Assembly: GCF_036321535.1 (NCBI RefSeq)
Contig: NC_087436.1
Span: 41,170,001 to 41,234,000 of the forward strand
Source of the DNA: Camelus dromedarius
Taxonomy: Eukaryota
Length of the DNA: 64,000 nucleotides
Reading direction: 5' to 3'
This document shows, piece after piece, positions 1 through 13,115 of this stretch; position 1 is the first letter of the stretch, and each line of letters begins with the position of its first letter. Position numbers and translations under genes: made by a program. Below the pieces are notes generated by a model. The model saw only the letters and a program-made list of their open reading frames with translations, did no database searches and had not been told where the DNA came from.

Positions 1-450
1 ATAGAATTTGATCAAAGACTTTTATAGCATCTGTTACGATCATATTTTCCTTAATTCACTTATATGAAGAATTATACTTATAGATTTACTAATACATCAT
101 GATTGTAATTTTGATATATACTCAACTTGATTATGGTATATTTTTATATTTTGTGAATACTATGTTTGACAACTTTGCATATTTATTTGTGAGATTTATT
201 TTATATTTTTGTGCTCTAATGTATTTTCAAGATTATAATGGCCTCATGGTTTCACCTGGGTAGTATTTCCTCCAATTATTTCTTGGGAAGAGTTTTATTA
301 GGCTCAAATCATCTATTACTTGAAAATTTGGAAGAATTAAGTCTCTGTCTTTGGAGGGAAAGATTGTTGCTATTAAATAAATATTGTTAAGTATAGGAAT
401 CATCAGGATGTTATCTACATTTGATTCAGTACTAGTATATTTTTAAACAT
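1..450 (-). mobile_element. Ancient L1 ORF2 (RT region) fragment, antisense
   Basis: Degenerate match to the antisense L1 ORF2 pattern (gcatctgtta..gatcatatttt, cttgattatggtat, ataatggcctcat). Boundaries approximate. Confidence 0.6.
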
Positions 451-2929
451 TTTACATCTTTATTTTTCATCACCAATATTACTTTCTACTCTGTCAATTC
501 TATTTCTTTTTAAATCTAAAATTGTCCAGTAATTTTACAGTGGTAATTGATTCCAAATGCTTTCTTTAGCTCACCAAAGAAGTTTGAACATGATTTTGTC
601 TTCCTACTTCACTTTAATACACTTTATATAATAATTTATTTACATTTTAGCCAAATGTACAGAGTACAGGTAAATGGAACTTTTTTTAATAACTGATCTT
701 CCTCTTATGCATCCCTATCTGCAGCACACAGAATAAGACAAAAATAAAGTACATTTGACCAATTAAATTTGATAAACACACTATAATTCTGAAGTATGTG
801 TCTAAGTAAAGCCTCTTAGACTATGCAATCTCCTCAATTACTAAAAAAAAAAAAAAAAAATCAATATAATCTTTTCTCAGGTAAGTTGTACTCTTATCTT
901 TTTATTTCTCTGCCTTTCCTTCCCTATGATATCCAGAAACTAGCTGCAGATTTTCATCATTCTACATTATTTTCTTCTTTTGCTTTAGGAAGCCTCCTCC
1001 AGCTAAAATGACAAATGGCATTTAGAAAGGCAATATAAATCAATGAGCATTTTAAAAGTATTGTGCTTTTAAATTCTGTGAGCAGTCATGTTCTTTAATT
1101 TCTCTGAGACAGTGAATCTTTTGTAATTAACATTTTTATATTAATTGGAAAAGAAATCAATTTTTCTTTTTAATTTGTTAGACTTTAACTCTCTTATTCA
1201 GATAAGAACGTTGATGGCAGCAGCAGTCAATGACTTTATGGCTTTTCTCTTTCTTTGAAACCCCAGGTAAAGCTCTGCCTCATCTCCTTTTATCCAGGCC
1301 ATAGCTGAGGTCACAGAATGGCCCTTGAGATTTGAGATTATTCCCCAGTGTAGATTGAGTTGAAGAGGTCTTATTGTGCAGCCTGAAGTTTGTATTTCTT
1401 TCTTTCCCATTTCCCTGCATGTGAGCAATTTTTCATTTCCAAAATGCTGGAATATTCTTTTCTACATCAAATTTTTATCTTCAGTAGGGACTGGAAAAAG
1501 TAAGTCCTTCAAGATTGCATACTGAGTGATGTCAAATAGTCCTAGCAGTTTGGTTGAAAGTTCTAACCCAGAATGGTCAACTTCCAGCTACAAAAACAAG
1601 AAATAATAGAAAAAATAAACCCTAAATATTTTAAATCTATATATATTCTCAGAAGAAAGAAAATAAAGAAAAAACACACATACAAAAAGAAAGGTCATAT
1701 TGGGTCAAGTACAGGGTTCAAAGGGTAATGGTTGAGGCTTTCGTATCTACATGGAAGAGGTCTAGTTTGAGTTCTGGGAGCTAGAACTGAACCCACAGTG
1801 AGAAGCAAGTAACCCCAAGGTAAACGTAGGCTCACTGTTATTTTTAAAAATGAGCCAGGAAAAACTGTGCTCACTCAAGGAAAGTACAGTTTCTTTCCCT
1901 TTCCCTTTTATTTCTCATTTTTTCTCACTAGGTTAGCCCAGGTTTTCTTTTTCTTTCTATTTTTTTTCCTTCCTAGACCATCTGAAAGAAGAAACAAAGT
2001 TTCAAAGATTTCCTCCTTCAAGTGCCAGAAGAAAGTTCAACCGCACAGGTGTCCAAGAGGAGGTTTTTCTACTTCCTGACACTAGGTAACTCTGAGTGTG
2101 GGTAATAAAACCATAATTATTCATGATATTAGACATCACATAAATCATTCTCTCTCCACAGTTTTACAGATGATGAAACATAAGTAGCAATGAAGCACTT
2201 AAATATTTATTGAACATTGGCCACATTCTCGATTAAGTGATGACTCCAGCATTACAGAACAAGCAAGTACAATATTTAGGAAAGTACTGTGGCATTCCTG
2301 TCTCTACTCCTTCACAATAAATGAGCTCTCCAGGTTGAAATATCCTTCAAACTCTGAAATATACAAGCTAGCTAATTTCAAAGGTGAAGTCATCACCAGC
2401 TTTCTAATGTGACTCTTCTTTGCCAACCTACAGATCTTGGGTAGATATGATTCACATGACTTGCTCCTTTTTCAGAAACAAGTATATTAGGAATGAAGAA
2501 CATTCTCATGACTGATACTACATTGGAAGCATGATTACTGATTAGTCTTGCTGTCCCTTGACTGTGTGCTTCCTAGTGTGCCTAGACAAAATTTCTGAGT
2601 TGTGAATATCAGGCCTCTAAGTTATCACATAGAACAAAAGAGCAACGCCTTTTTTAAAAGATAAAATACTGAAATATGATTGCATAAGGAAAATGTTCAA
2701 AGTCATACAGTGGAATGGTACAGTTAGGTTTTCCATGAATGCTGCTAGACACATCATTTTAGACCCCTAATCTTTCCTCCTAACCAGATTCTCCTGAGCT
2801 GTTGCTGTCCAAGATTCCTGGGGCTGGAGAGATATCCTGGAGAATCCCATTCTTTTGGCTTCTTACGCTCTTTTCCCTATCTACAATGATTTAGTCATCA
2901 TCCTCTTTTTTCCCCCCTTTCCTTTTCTT

Positions 2930-3690
2930 TGTGTAGGTTAAACAGAGGAAGTCTGTAAAGAATTATTAATTATGATAAAAAGTAAGATAAAAGGTATATA
3001 AGGAAACTCTGTAGTACCCTAGGGCTGAGGACAGATCCATGGAAGGACAAACCTGGCATAAATCCAGATGGCGTTGGAAAAGATACTTGGTTTTGGTCAC
3101 TGGATAACAGAAGAGCTCAGTGGCTTAGCTAAACCAGAGTTAACCTGGAGTTAGAGAGAAAAACAATAGGCTATCCTCTGAGATGAAGTGTGGGGAGAAG
3201 CTAATCAGTGTCCAGTATGGTGTGGGGTCCAGTGGAATCCAGACATCTGGAAGGATGGAAGGCCTTTGGAGCATGAAGGCTTTGCAGGGAGTGGGAGTGG
3301 GCTGGGGTTGCAGAAACTTTGGCTTCTCATTGTGCTTCTGGGCCACAGGTAACTGTGTGCAGACATGCACGGTTTCCATGCAGACAGGGTTGCAAAATGA
3401 TTATCATCAGGTCAAGACTATAAGGTTGCAGAACAATTGTGTTCTGGGACCACAGATGAGGCAGTCTCCACTGGATGTCTTCATATCCACATCCTGACCC
3501 CTGACTGAGTCAGAAATGCAGGAAGTCTCCTCCCCCTGCCTTGTCTCACCAGAGCCTTCTTTTGAGAAAGCTTAACATTGTGTTCACTTTAAAGTGGGTA
3601 TTGCTTTAAAAAAATTGTTGTTCATCATAGAGTACAGTGTATAGAAGAGTGTATTTGGAACTGAGAGGCAATACATTGATAACTGACACA
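2930..3690 (-). mobile_element. ERVL-class solo LTR (LTR33/LTR41-like)
   Basis: Minus strand starts TGTGTCAGTTATCAATGTATTGCCTCTCAGTTCCAAAT and ends with aataattcttta..cttcctctgttt, both resembling this LTR group. Confidence 0.55.
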
Positions 3691-3959
3691 AGTTAAGTAT
3701 CAGAGATTAAATTTGACTCCTAGGTCACCCTTTTTTAGACATGTAGAGTATCTTAATTCCAATTGATGGCCATTCTATGCTGTTTACTGGGTGGCTCAAA
3801 TTTTTCACCCACTCAAGTTCATCTATGAAGAGCAGAAAAATATGATGAGTATTGATTTTGGCTTAGCAAATTAGATGTATTTGTAAACACGGAATTAGAG
3901 ATTAATCAGGATTGACTACATCCCTTTAAAAAACAAAAGGTAGTTCTAAATCTACTACT

Positions 3960-4990
3960 TAGACCTTTTAAAAATCACATGCATGACCATGGATGTCTTA
4001 TTCCTCTCTGGTCTGACATCCCCATGATGGGTGGGTCAATTTGGACTTTACAACTTACAAAGGAAGAGCCCAGAGGTCTCATAAGTTAATATAAAAAAAA
4101 CTTATCTGAGAATCTTTACTGGCGGATTGGCTCTAGCACCAATTTGTCTTACATGAAATAGTGACGACTATCTTTTTTAGAAAAATCTTTCTCTCCACCT
4201 CACTCTCTGAATCCAATGAGCTGTCTCAAAGAGACCCTTGATTTGCAGAGATTTCTTTAAATGCCTGTGCCTGGTTCAGCTAATAGTTCAGCTATACAGG
4301 CTAACTGCCACTCTGGAAAACCAGCTACAGGAATAACAACTTAGCACAAGAGGCTGAATTGAAATGTAGTACACTTGCCTTGGACCAGGGTTAGACAGCT
4401 ACAGCCCACAAAATGTTTCTGTAAGGACAGCAAGAAAGGTCAGAATGTTTTATAAACTTTTAAAGGGTTTGTTTTTTTTTAAGTGACTATTTTACAGAGA
4501 CCACAAATGGCCTACAAAGTGTAAAATATTTACTATCAGGCCCTTGATAGAAAATATTTGCCACCCTCTGCCTTAGACAATATTTCAGATTGCTAGACAT
4601 CATATTTTTAATGAACCTTAAGTTAACATCGATGGAACTGGCATTAGGTCTGCTACCTGGAAGGTTAAAAACTAGAAGATCAAATACAACATTCTTTGGG
4701 ACTACAAATTATGGAAAACAGATCATGGTGGCCAACTGGACATTCATGTAGATACCTACAGTGAAGGCCAATTTTCTGGTGAATTTTTTAATGGAATCAA
4801 GCTCCTCATCAAACCATGAAAGGACCAAATCACAACCATTACAACCTAGATTCCTCATTGCATCAGAATGCAATTCATCTACCATTATAAACTGGGCACA
4901 AAGTAAAGAACTGTCAGTGAGATAAATCAGAATGACTAAAAACAGCATATTCATGTGAAAATTCACCAGAAGCCTAGGAAACGCCAGACC
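3960..4990 (+). mobile_element. Highly decayed LTR-retroelement pol relic (tether/RNase H/integrase), split by MER58
   Basis: Frameshifted motifs in pol order: AWF(T)NSSA ~4269-4293 (cf. AWFTDGSA), LAQEAEL 4341-4361 (cf. SAQxAEL), VDTYS 4748-4762, IAS 4857-4865, WAQSK 4893-4907. Confidence 0.55.
4386..4570 (+). mobile_element. MER58-like hAT-Charlie DNA transposon
   Basis: CAGGG...CTCTG termini; typical 3' end aaaatatttactatcaggccc..tttgcc; 8-bp TSD ccttggac (4378-4385) / ccttagac (4571-4578). Confidence 0.8.
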
Positions 4991-5915
4991 CATAAGAATA
5001 GAAAGGAAAAGATGTTAATAACATAAAGATAATTTTAACATATGATCATTATTTCTCTGCCATTATAGAATACTGTAGTGTTAAATGTTGCTGTCTTAAT
5101 AAAAACAATGATGAGACAAAGAGAGCCAGAGAAAAAACAAATACTTCCATGTTTTGTTTGCTGCTCTTTTGTAAAATTTTGATGTGCCTGTTTACATTAT
5201 TTATTATTCTTTCAACATACAATTCAAAACTTAGAATAACTAACAAGAAAAAATAATCAGCAGGTAATTGATGTTTAAGTGAAGATCTAAAAATATTTTT
5301 TCACAAATATTAAATCTATCTATATCTTTATGAAGATAAGTATATTTTAGTAAGAATGTGGTCCAAATTGTCTAAAATAGTACAAGGTGTTTACTTCGAA
5401 GACATTCATGCATGGTTTCCCTTGGTAAGAAAAACATCATTTTGTAAACATACATATTCCTTTCACAAATATTCCTAGAAATTTATTTAAAGAACTAAAT
5501 TTCACACTGTGGGGACTCAATTTAAAGGATTCAATGTACATTTTCATACAACTAAATTGTACATTGTATATAAATTTTAGAACTACTTTCTAAAATATCT
5601 TTTATAATTGAAAATTACGTTCTCATTTTAGATAAAAAAAGATTCAAAGTGACACCTTTTGGATATATAAAATATACGTATATAAATATATGTACACATA
5701 TACACATATGTGCATATATACATTAATGTAAATTCATGTTTTAGATACTAACACAAAAGCTTGCTGAACTGTATAACTTATTTTTCAGTAAGAGGTTTTT
5801 TTATCAAAATTTAAAACAGAAAACTACTTCCCTTAGTTTTCCACATAATTTGCTTATTATATTGATATGTAAGTGTACTCCTTCTAGATATCATATTTTC
5901 TCAGTCACTATGTAT

Positions 5916-5934
5916 ACACACACACACACACACA
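5916..5934. repeat. (CA)n microsatellite
   Basis: Direct reading. Confidence 0.9.
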
Positions 5935-7704
5935 TAAAGTTACATTTGAGCATCAGTAACTTCACACACAATACCAGACCCCAAACACAGGTATAGGATG
6001 ATTTGCACCTTTCATTTGCCTATTAAATACAAACTATTTAAATGTTACGATTTACTACAATTCAACATGTTTTAAACAGAAGTCACTATCTGTCCAACTC
6101 ATCTCCACCTTTTTACATTTCAACAACTAGGCAGTACGCCATCAACGTTCAATGTATTTTGTATACTGCAACTTTATCAAACATCTAGAGTTTCTTCCAC
6201 TATTTTAGTAAGCGCTGACATTATTCTCAAGTTTGCAGGTTATCAGGTTATACATGGACATTTCCAGCAATAAATGTAAGGAGAAATAATGTCTATTTTC
6301 TGTGATCTTAGAGGAGGAAATGATTGCTCTTAGCAACAGTTGTTCAATCAGTGAAGTACTATCATTCTCCACTTTTACAGCAGGAGCACTTCAAATCTGA
6401 TTTTGAAGCCAGTTCTTCTCAACTCTGGGTTTCTGTGATTTGGGGTTGGCATTTTCCACTCCCAGCTGTAAGAATAGCCTGACTCCATCTGGCTAATTAG
6501 GGCATCAGTCTGGTGACTTTGATCACTCAGGGCACAGAGGAATTTAATAATTACAAGATTTCTTTTTCCTCTGGAGAGTCTAGGAGAGGTGTTTCATTTT
6601 TTTTTTTTTTGCTCAATTTGGAATGTGAGATTTATGCCTAATAGCCAGCCACCCTCTGGAGGCAGCCTCCTAGTAAATACAACAAAGCCAGAGTGCAGAG
6701 ACAAGGTGATATCCTTTGAACTTTTTTTATTTCAACCCAGGGACACTGCAGGTAAGTGACTCAATAAATACTTATTTTGGTTGGATTTTTACTCAACTGC
6801 ATCTAAATTTTTAAAAAAATATTGTTTCACATAAATACATATTAATATGTTTAACCTTTGATTGATACTCTATTCAACCATATACTATTCACATATATAT
6901 TTTAGCTCATTAAAGCAAAATGTATTGTACTGACATTTGTATATCTAATGCTATGCTTTGCAAATAATGAATATTTACCAATAATCTGTTGAATTAAATA
7001 TGACTACAGATAATTCAAATTATACTGTAGAAACTAATTTTTCAAATGCTTATCTATAGTAGAATTAAAAGCAGAATTTTAGAAGAACATATGTAATGCA
7101 TAGAGAATCCATTCGTATATCTTTTTAATAATTGTTTTTTAATTTATTATGCTTTTACCATGCAAAATATTTAATCTGAAAAATAAATAGTTCTTTTCCA
7201 TAAGGAAAACATAGGCTAGTAAAGACAGATGAAATCAGTTATAATACAATGTGAAAAGTATTTTTTAAAAGCACAAAAAACAAAGAGAATTACGGTACAT
7301 GTTAAAAAAAAGTGAGATCTGTCTGGAAAGTTTATCTGAATCAATTACATGACAGTAATTCATGCTATTTCTCCAAAAAGTCCACCCTTTGGGAGGGAAA
7401 AGGAGAAAATTATATCAATGGATATTTTGGGAAGGATTTGATTTTATGAGAACAGGAGAAAGCTATAGAAATTTTTCCTGTTATCTGATCATCATAGGTT
7501 CTTTCCTACTCTTTTTTAACGTATCAAAAGAGCAATACAGGAGAAATTTCAGGTTCTTTATCAGTTATGAGTAAAAATATGCATAGTCCACATGGCTACC
7601 TAGAATTCTAGAACTAAAATTCATGCCCAAGTAACCTTAACGTTAATAGTTAGGCTCTGGTCAAATACACTTTTCTATGGCTTTTAATTTTTAATTTACA
7701 AGTA

Positions 7705-8917
7705 ATCTAACAGAGATCAGTGAAGCAGAATAGAAAGTCCAGAGGTAAATCCATGCATATACGGTCCAATTAATTTATGACAAGGGAGCCAAGAATATAC
7801 TGGGGAGAGGACAGTCTCTTCACTAGATGGTGTTGGGAAAACTGGACATGCAAAAAAACATGAAGCTGAACCACTATCTCCCACCATATACAGAAATTAA
7901 CTCAGAGTAGATTAAAGACTAAACTTACTATAACTGAGCAGGATCCTATTATCATTGGTGACCATATGGTATCTGTAACTGCTTAACTGTAGGGTTTTTG
8001 TCATGCTTTTGCTGACCAGGATTAGGCTGCAAGGGAGGGGGAAACTTGGGTGATCTGACCATCCCCTTCCTTTTGTTCCCAACACCTCAGAGACAGCAGT
8101 TGGGTGTCTTGTGCATCTCGGTGTTCATAATTCACCCCAACTACGCATGTCTGCAGGTACAAACTTATCATGGTTTCTCTGTATCCTGTTGTCCCAGCCT
8201 GTGCAAACACTGCAGCAAGAGGTCTCGGGCCTCAGTCTGCTTAAAATGCCAGAAGCATATCATCAACCTGACTTTAAACTACACAAGTTTTTCTCTAGAG
8301 CACTTTTCTACAGATCCCTTTCCTAAGCATGCTTGTTCTAGGCACAAGAGTACTAGAAGAGTTCCAAAATTGGAGGTGAACATCATACTCAGCAAAAGAA
8401 AGGGGACCAGTGCATCTGCACAGACAAGAACAGCTTTGCAAAAAGTTGTTACCCTGCATGTGATCTCTGTGGAAGTGAGCACCACCCCTCCAACTCTTAT
8501 TATAAACCCCCTACCTTCTCTCCCAGGCAGGCTCACGGTCTTGAGGGCATTAGCCCACTGGAACCTCCTTTGCCTGGGAAAGAAAGAGTCCTTTTTCAGT
8601 TCATCCAAAACTCAAGTCTCAATTCAGTAAGAGGGATACAGAGGCCAAATTCTGGCAACAGTAACATCTGAAATCATCAATTCCTAAAAGAAAATATAGG
8701 GGGTAAGCTCTTTGACAGCAGAATTGGAAGGAATTTTTTTTTTTTTTTTTTTTGGTTTGACATGAAAAGCAAAGGCAACAAAAGCAAAAATACACAATAG
8801 GGACTGTACTAAACTAAAAAAATCCTCTGTAAAATGAAGGGAATTATCAACAAAATTAAGAGTTAATATATGGAATAGGAGAAATTCCTTGTGAATCGAG
8901 CGGTTAATAATCCAAAA
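7705..8917 (+). mobile_element. L1 ORF2 3' fragment interrupted by an LTR
   Basis: gacaagggagccaagaatatac, tggtgttgggaaaactgg, attaaagact at 7705-7928; resumes collinearly at 8661 (gaaaatatagggggtaagctctttgac, aaagcaaaggcaacaaaagc). Confidence 0.85.
7929..8660 (+). mobile_element. ERV1-like solo LTR (~730 bp)
   Basis: Starts TATAACTGAGCAGGA (decayed TGTAAC), TATA-like tataaa near 8501, ends GGCAACA; cleanly interrupts an L1. Confidence 0.8.
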
Positions 8918-9043
8918 TGTAACCGAGCAGAACTCTGTGGGGCCTTCCAGGGTCAGACACCTCCCTCATCTCCTCTGCTGTAGTTCCTCTCTAAAGTACC
9001 CAGATAACTGTATCTCATGTATATTTCCTGAGCTTTTCACAGA
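8918..9043 (+). mobile_element. 5' fragment of a related ERV1-like LTR
   Basis: Starts TGTAACCGAGCAGAAC, a similar terminus to the 7929 LTR; truncated at a GA-rich tract. Confidence 0.65.
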
Positions 9044-10789
9044 GAGAGAGAGGGAGAGGGAATGAGGAAGGAAATGAAGAAGAATAACTAACACCACTGT
9101 TCATCAACATTCCCCTAATATTTATTGTAGATTTGTTTAAATTCAGTAATTCCACTCTTTTTAAAGTAAATCTAAAAACATATATTAAACTATCTTTATA
9201 TCTCTATTGACTGAATTTGATACAGAAAGTCAGTAAGGATACTCAATATTGTAGCTGTCACACAGAAATTATAAAAGTGCCTTCTAGAATATTATATTAG
9301 CACAAGAACTTGGATCAGAGATAAAAAATGATTTTGTTTGAGCACCTTTACCATGGGTATAAGCATCATAGAACTGGCATAGAAGATAATATAAATTGTC
9401 AAGTAAAATCCAATAAGTTAATAGATTTAGATGCTACCATGATTGAGTATACTGAAAATCAGATGCACTGGCACCAACAGGTCAATTAAGTCAAAGGTTA
9501 TAGTAACAGGGTGAAGTTAAAAACTTCAACAACAGAAAAGTGAGGATTAAAGCACATAGGTTCATTACAGAAAAAATAAAGATGTAAGGTGAGGTATACA
9601 GAAATTTTCAATAAAAGTTATATAGTAAGCCTGAACTCTAGGTAAAATGTTATTTCCTTCCTGGGGCTTGCTAAATTGGCACAAGTCTGATTTTCTGTGA
9701 GGAAGAGGTTATACTTAACCTTTAATATCTCTGTCCAAGAGAGACACTATGACCAAGAATGTTTGGCAAAAATGTCACTGATTGCCTTAAACTTTGTGGT
9801 ATCCCCAGGCTAACCTATTAAATCAGTACTGAAGGAAAGATACATATTATCTAGTTATAAGAAATATAAATGATTACACTATTAATGTTTAAATCAAATC
9901 TAAATAAAGTTCAAAGTTCTGTGTATTCATATAAAACAATCCAAGAAATTGAATATCTAAAAATCCCATATATCTTGTAAAACTTTTATGTCTGGTATGT
10001 CAAAAATTTGCCCTTTGTCCTTAACTATTTATCTTATTTTATATCTATCATTTAGGTAAAAAATACTTAATAAAGTATAAATTATTAAAAATTATAGAAT
10101 TTTAAAAAGAATATCAATAGCTCTAATTTAGCTCTCTTACTACAGATGACTGATTAGAGGCTAATAGTACAAATCCATGTTAACAGTTTTATGACTTTAT
10201 ATATTCTTTGAGGAAAATAATCATCTCTGTCACTATATAAAGAAACTAGCATTTTGTTGGTTCCAAAGAAATATATAATATATCATCCAAAAATGAATAT
10301 TATACAGTCACTCCTGTAGGAAATCTTTGAAAATCAATTCAACGGTTAACTAGTGCAGTTGAATAAATTAATTTATTATTTAAAAAAACCTTAGAAACTC
10401 TGCAATAATGGCATATTTAAAATATAATCCTTATATTTAAATGGTTTAGAAGTAGATCATTATAAGGAAGAAATCCATTAATATGTATATAGGTAATAAG
10501 GTCATTACTAGGGTTGAAAAGAATTAAAATTGCACGATGATAGTGCTCATTAATACACTGAATGGAATAGCATTAAAGAGATTATGAAACATTTCTGAAA
10601 GGTGCATTTCATTTTAAGGAAATATCATATGAGGAAATTTTGTAACTTTAGGTAATTCTCTAAAAATAGTTAAAATATCCACCAAGATTAAATAGTAAGA
10701 TTAAATTAAAGGTTTTTTACTTTTTTTTTCCCCACAGAGAATAATTTACATTCAACTTCTCTATTGGAGTTAAACAGAGAGAAAATACA

Positions 10790-10920
10790 GTAATACAGAT
10801 GGACCAGTGACCTGGAAGTCAGGGACATGAACTCAAATTCTAAATATCAAAATCTATCTTTATGACCTTGTCCCAAGACTCCAAATTTTTCATTGCTTAA
10901 CTTTTTTGATCTGCCCGTAT
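10790..10920 (+). mobile_element. MIR-like SINE remnant
   Basis: ctggaagtcagggacatgaactcaaattct..tatgaccttg resembles the MIR 5' part. Confidence 0.35.
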
Positions 10921-11146
10921 TATTATGTATGAGGGATATATTGCCCATTTTAAGTATTTTGAAATTTAAAAAGTGGTATTAATCCATATGAAAAAGTGCC
11001 TGGAGTTTTTCAATAGCAGCAACAAGAACTGCCTTTTTACCAAGATTACTAGTATGTATCAATCTACAATTACTAATATTAAAAAAAAAAACCAGTGATA
11101 TATAAAATAATGGATGGCATTATAAACTTAATTTATGAATATAAAT

Positions 11147-11570
11147 TCTATTTTGTCAAGATTCTCCAGAGGAACAGAACCAAGAGGCTGTGGATATAAG
11201 TAGAGAAAGATTTACTTTAAAGAACTGGCTCACACGATCATGGAGGCTGGCAATACCCAGACCTGCAGGTTCAAAGGCCCTAAGGCTGGAGAACAGGGAA
11301 AAGCCTATGCTGCCGTTCACATCAAAGGCCATCTGCTGGCAGAAGTCCCTCTTGCTCAGGGGAGATCAGTCTTTCATTCTAGTCAGGACTTCAGAGGACT
11401 GGATGAGGGCCACCCACATTCTGGGGTATAATCTGCTTTACTTAAAGTTCACGGATTTAAATATTAATCTCAGCAAAAACACCCTTTTTATAAATAGTCA
11501 ATATAATGTTTTACTGCATATCTGGGCACCAGTGGCCCAGACATGTTGAAACATAGTATTAACCATCACA
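11147..11570 (-). mobile_element. MLT2-type ERVL solo LTR
   Basis: Minus strand begins TGTGATGGTTAAT; plus strand has ttctccagaggaacagaacc and aactggctcacacgatcatggaggctgg; 5-bp TSD TAAAT at 11142-11146 and 11571-11575. Confidence 0.88.
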
Positions 11571-12989
11571 TAAATTAATTATGATTATGAATTATGAATA
11601 TAACATATTCATTCTTTAATTACAGTTATCTTAAAATTAATATGAGACAGAGAAGTGATTAAGTAAATGATGGGAGGTTCACAGACGTTTACAAAAATCC
11701 TTTGTCCTCATCAGCTCTTTAAGCTCATATAAAGGCTTTAACATAGAACACCTCAGCTTTCCCCAGGTCTTCACTTGAATCATTCCCATCCCTCTTGTTT
11801 GCATTTCATTCAATCTTTTGGTTTTCATGTATATAAAATTTCCACTCAGGCCCACCCACTACTGGTATATATATATATATGTATTTTTTTTAATGCAAGG
11901 TCCTCACTCCAGTGTTGAATAAGAGTCTCTCTCTCCCTGTCTCTCTCTCTTCAGTGATAAAATTTCAGCAAAGGTCCCTCCTGTTTAGCAGAGATCCAAC
12001 ACATTTATTAAATTTTTGTTCAAAGGAGAATGATGTGCAGTGGTTACACATTTACAGTCACAACTCACATGTGAAAAACAATACTACAAAAAGGACAGAA
12101 TTAGCATCTGCAGTCCATCATTGAATCGCATGGTCTATACAAGTAAGCCTGTTTTCCTTTTCTCAGTATGAATGAAATGTGGCTATCTGACATGTTCAAA
12201 TGAAGTATGTAGTTTAACAAAAATTATCTTACATAAATTTAGCTACCTGGAAACAAACCATAGGGGGTCTATTTCGAGCAGACTGGTACAGAGCAATGCA
12301 TGCCTCAGACATACTATGTGTGTGTGCATTTCAAAAAAAAAGAAAAGATGAAGGACTTTAGAGTAACTGAATATCCTTTTTGTTGTAATGTTACAATGTG
12401 GGAACTAAAATACATTAATACATTTTTCCTTGCTGAACTATTTGATATTTAAGTGCATGTGTTTATATACATGTTAAAATAACTAATAACCATTTTAGAC
12501 TATTTGTAACAATTATACTGGACCCCTTTGGTTAATCTGCCATATTATCTATTTAGGCTTATACAGTAGGAGTAAAGGTGATATTGTGAATGAAATAGAG
12601 ATTCTCCCAAAATAACTACATTTTGCCAAAAAGCTAATCATTTTATTTCAATCAGTGTAGACCCCTCCTTATACATACTCCCACATTCACCTTTATTTCA
12701 GAAACTCTCTAACATTTTTTAAAAATAAAATTTTTTTATTTATAACTTTATATCCACACATATTTGGTACTTCTGTTTCAATATAGCCTTTGGCCATTTG
12801 AATATTAGGATGTAGTGAATTATTTGCTATTTACAGCTTTGACTCCAATTACTAGCTGGAGGTGACTTGTATGATGAATGAAGAGTATCCTTTGAGATTA
12901 TAAATCATTGCATCTAGCATATTTTTAATTACACATATAACATATCAAAAATGGATTTTAGGGCCTGAGATTATTGACATTTTCCTGAT

Positions 12990-13115
12990 GCAACTCTCCA
13001 ATTATGCAAATGAAGCACAGGAAACCCAAGAAGCTTTTCTATGATCACAAAAGTTTATTCTGAAAAATCTAGACCATTTCAGGTCTCCTGATGTTTAATT
13101 CAATGTCTTTTTTCA
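12990..13115 (-). mobile_element. MIR-like remnant
   Basis: attatgcaaatgaag..gatcaca..caggtctcctga pattern. Confidence 0.35.

Noticed and set aside
651..2085. Casein/SCPP-type small-exon gene
   Set aside because: No signal-peptide exon, SxE motifs or consistent phase-0 exons found.
8046..8630. Longest ORF (194 aa) as a gene
   Set aside because: Lies wholly inside a solo LTR, starts at TTG, overlaps ORFs on both strands and has no recognisable domain.
12043..12057. 15-mer gttacacatttacag repeated at ~47776, each near a candidate donor
   Set aside because: A few exact 15-mer pairs are expected by chance in 64 kb of AT-rich DNA, and the flanks do not align.
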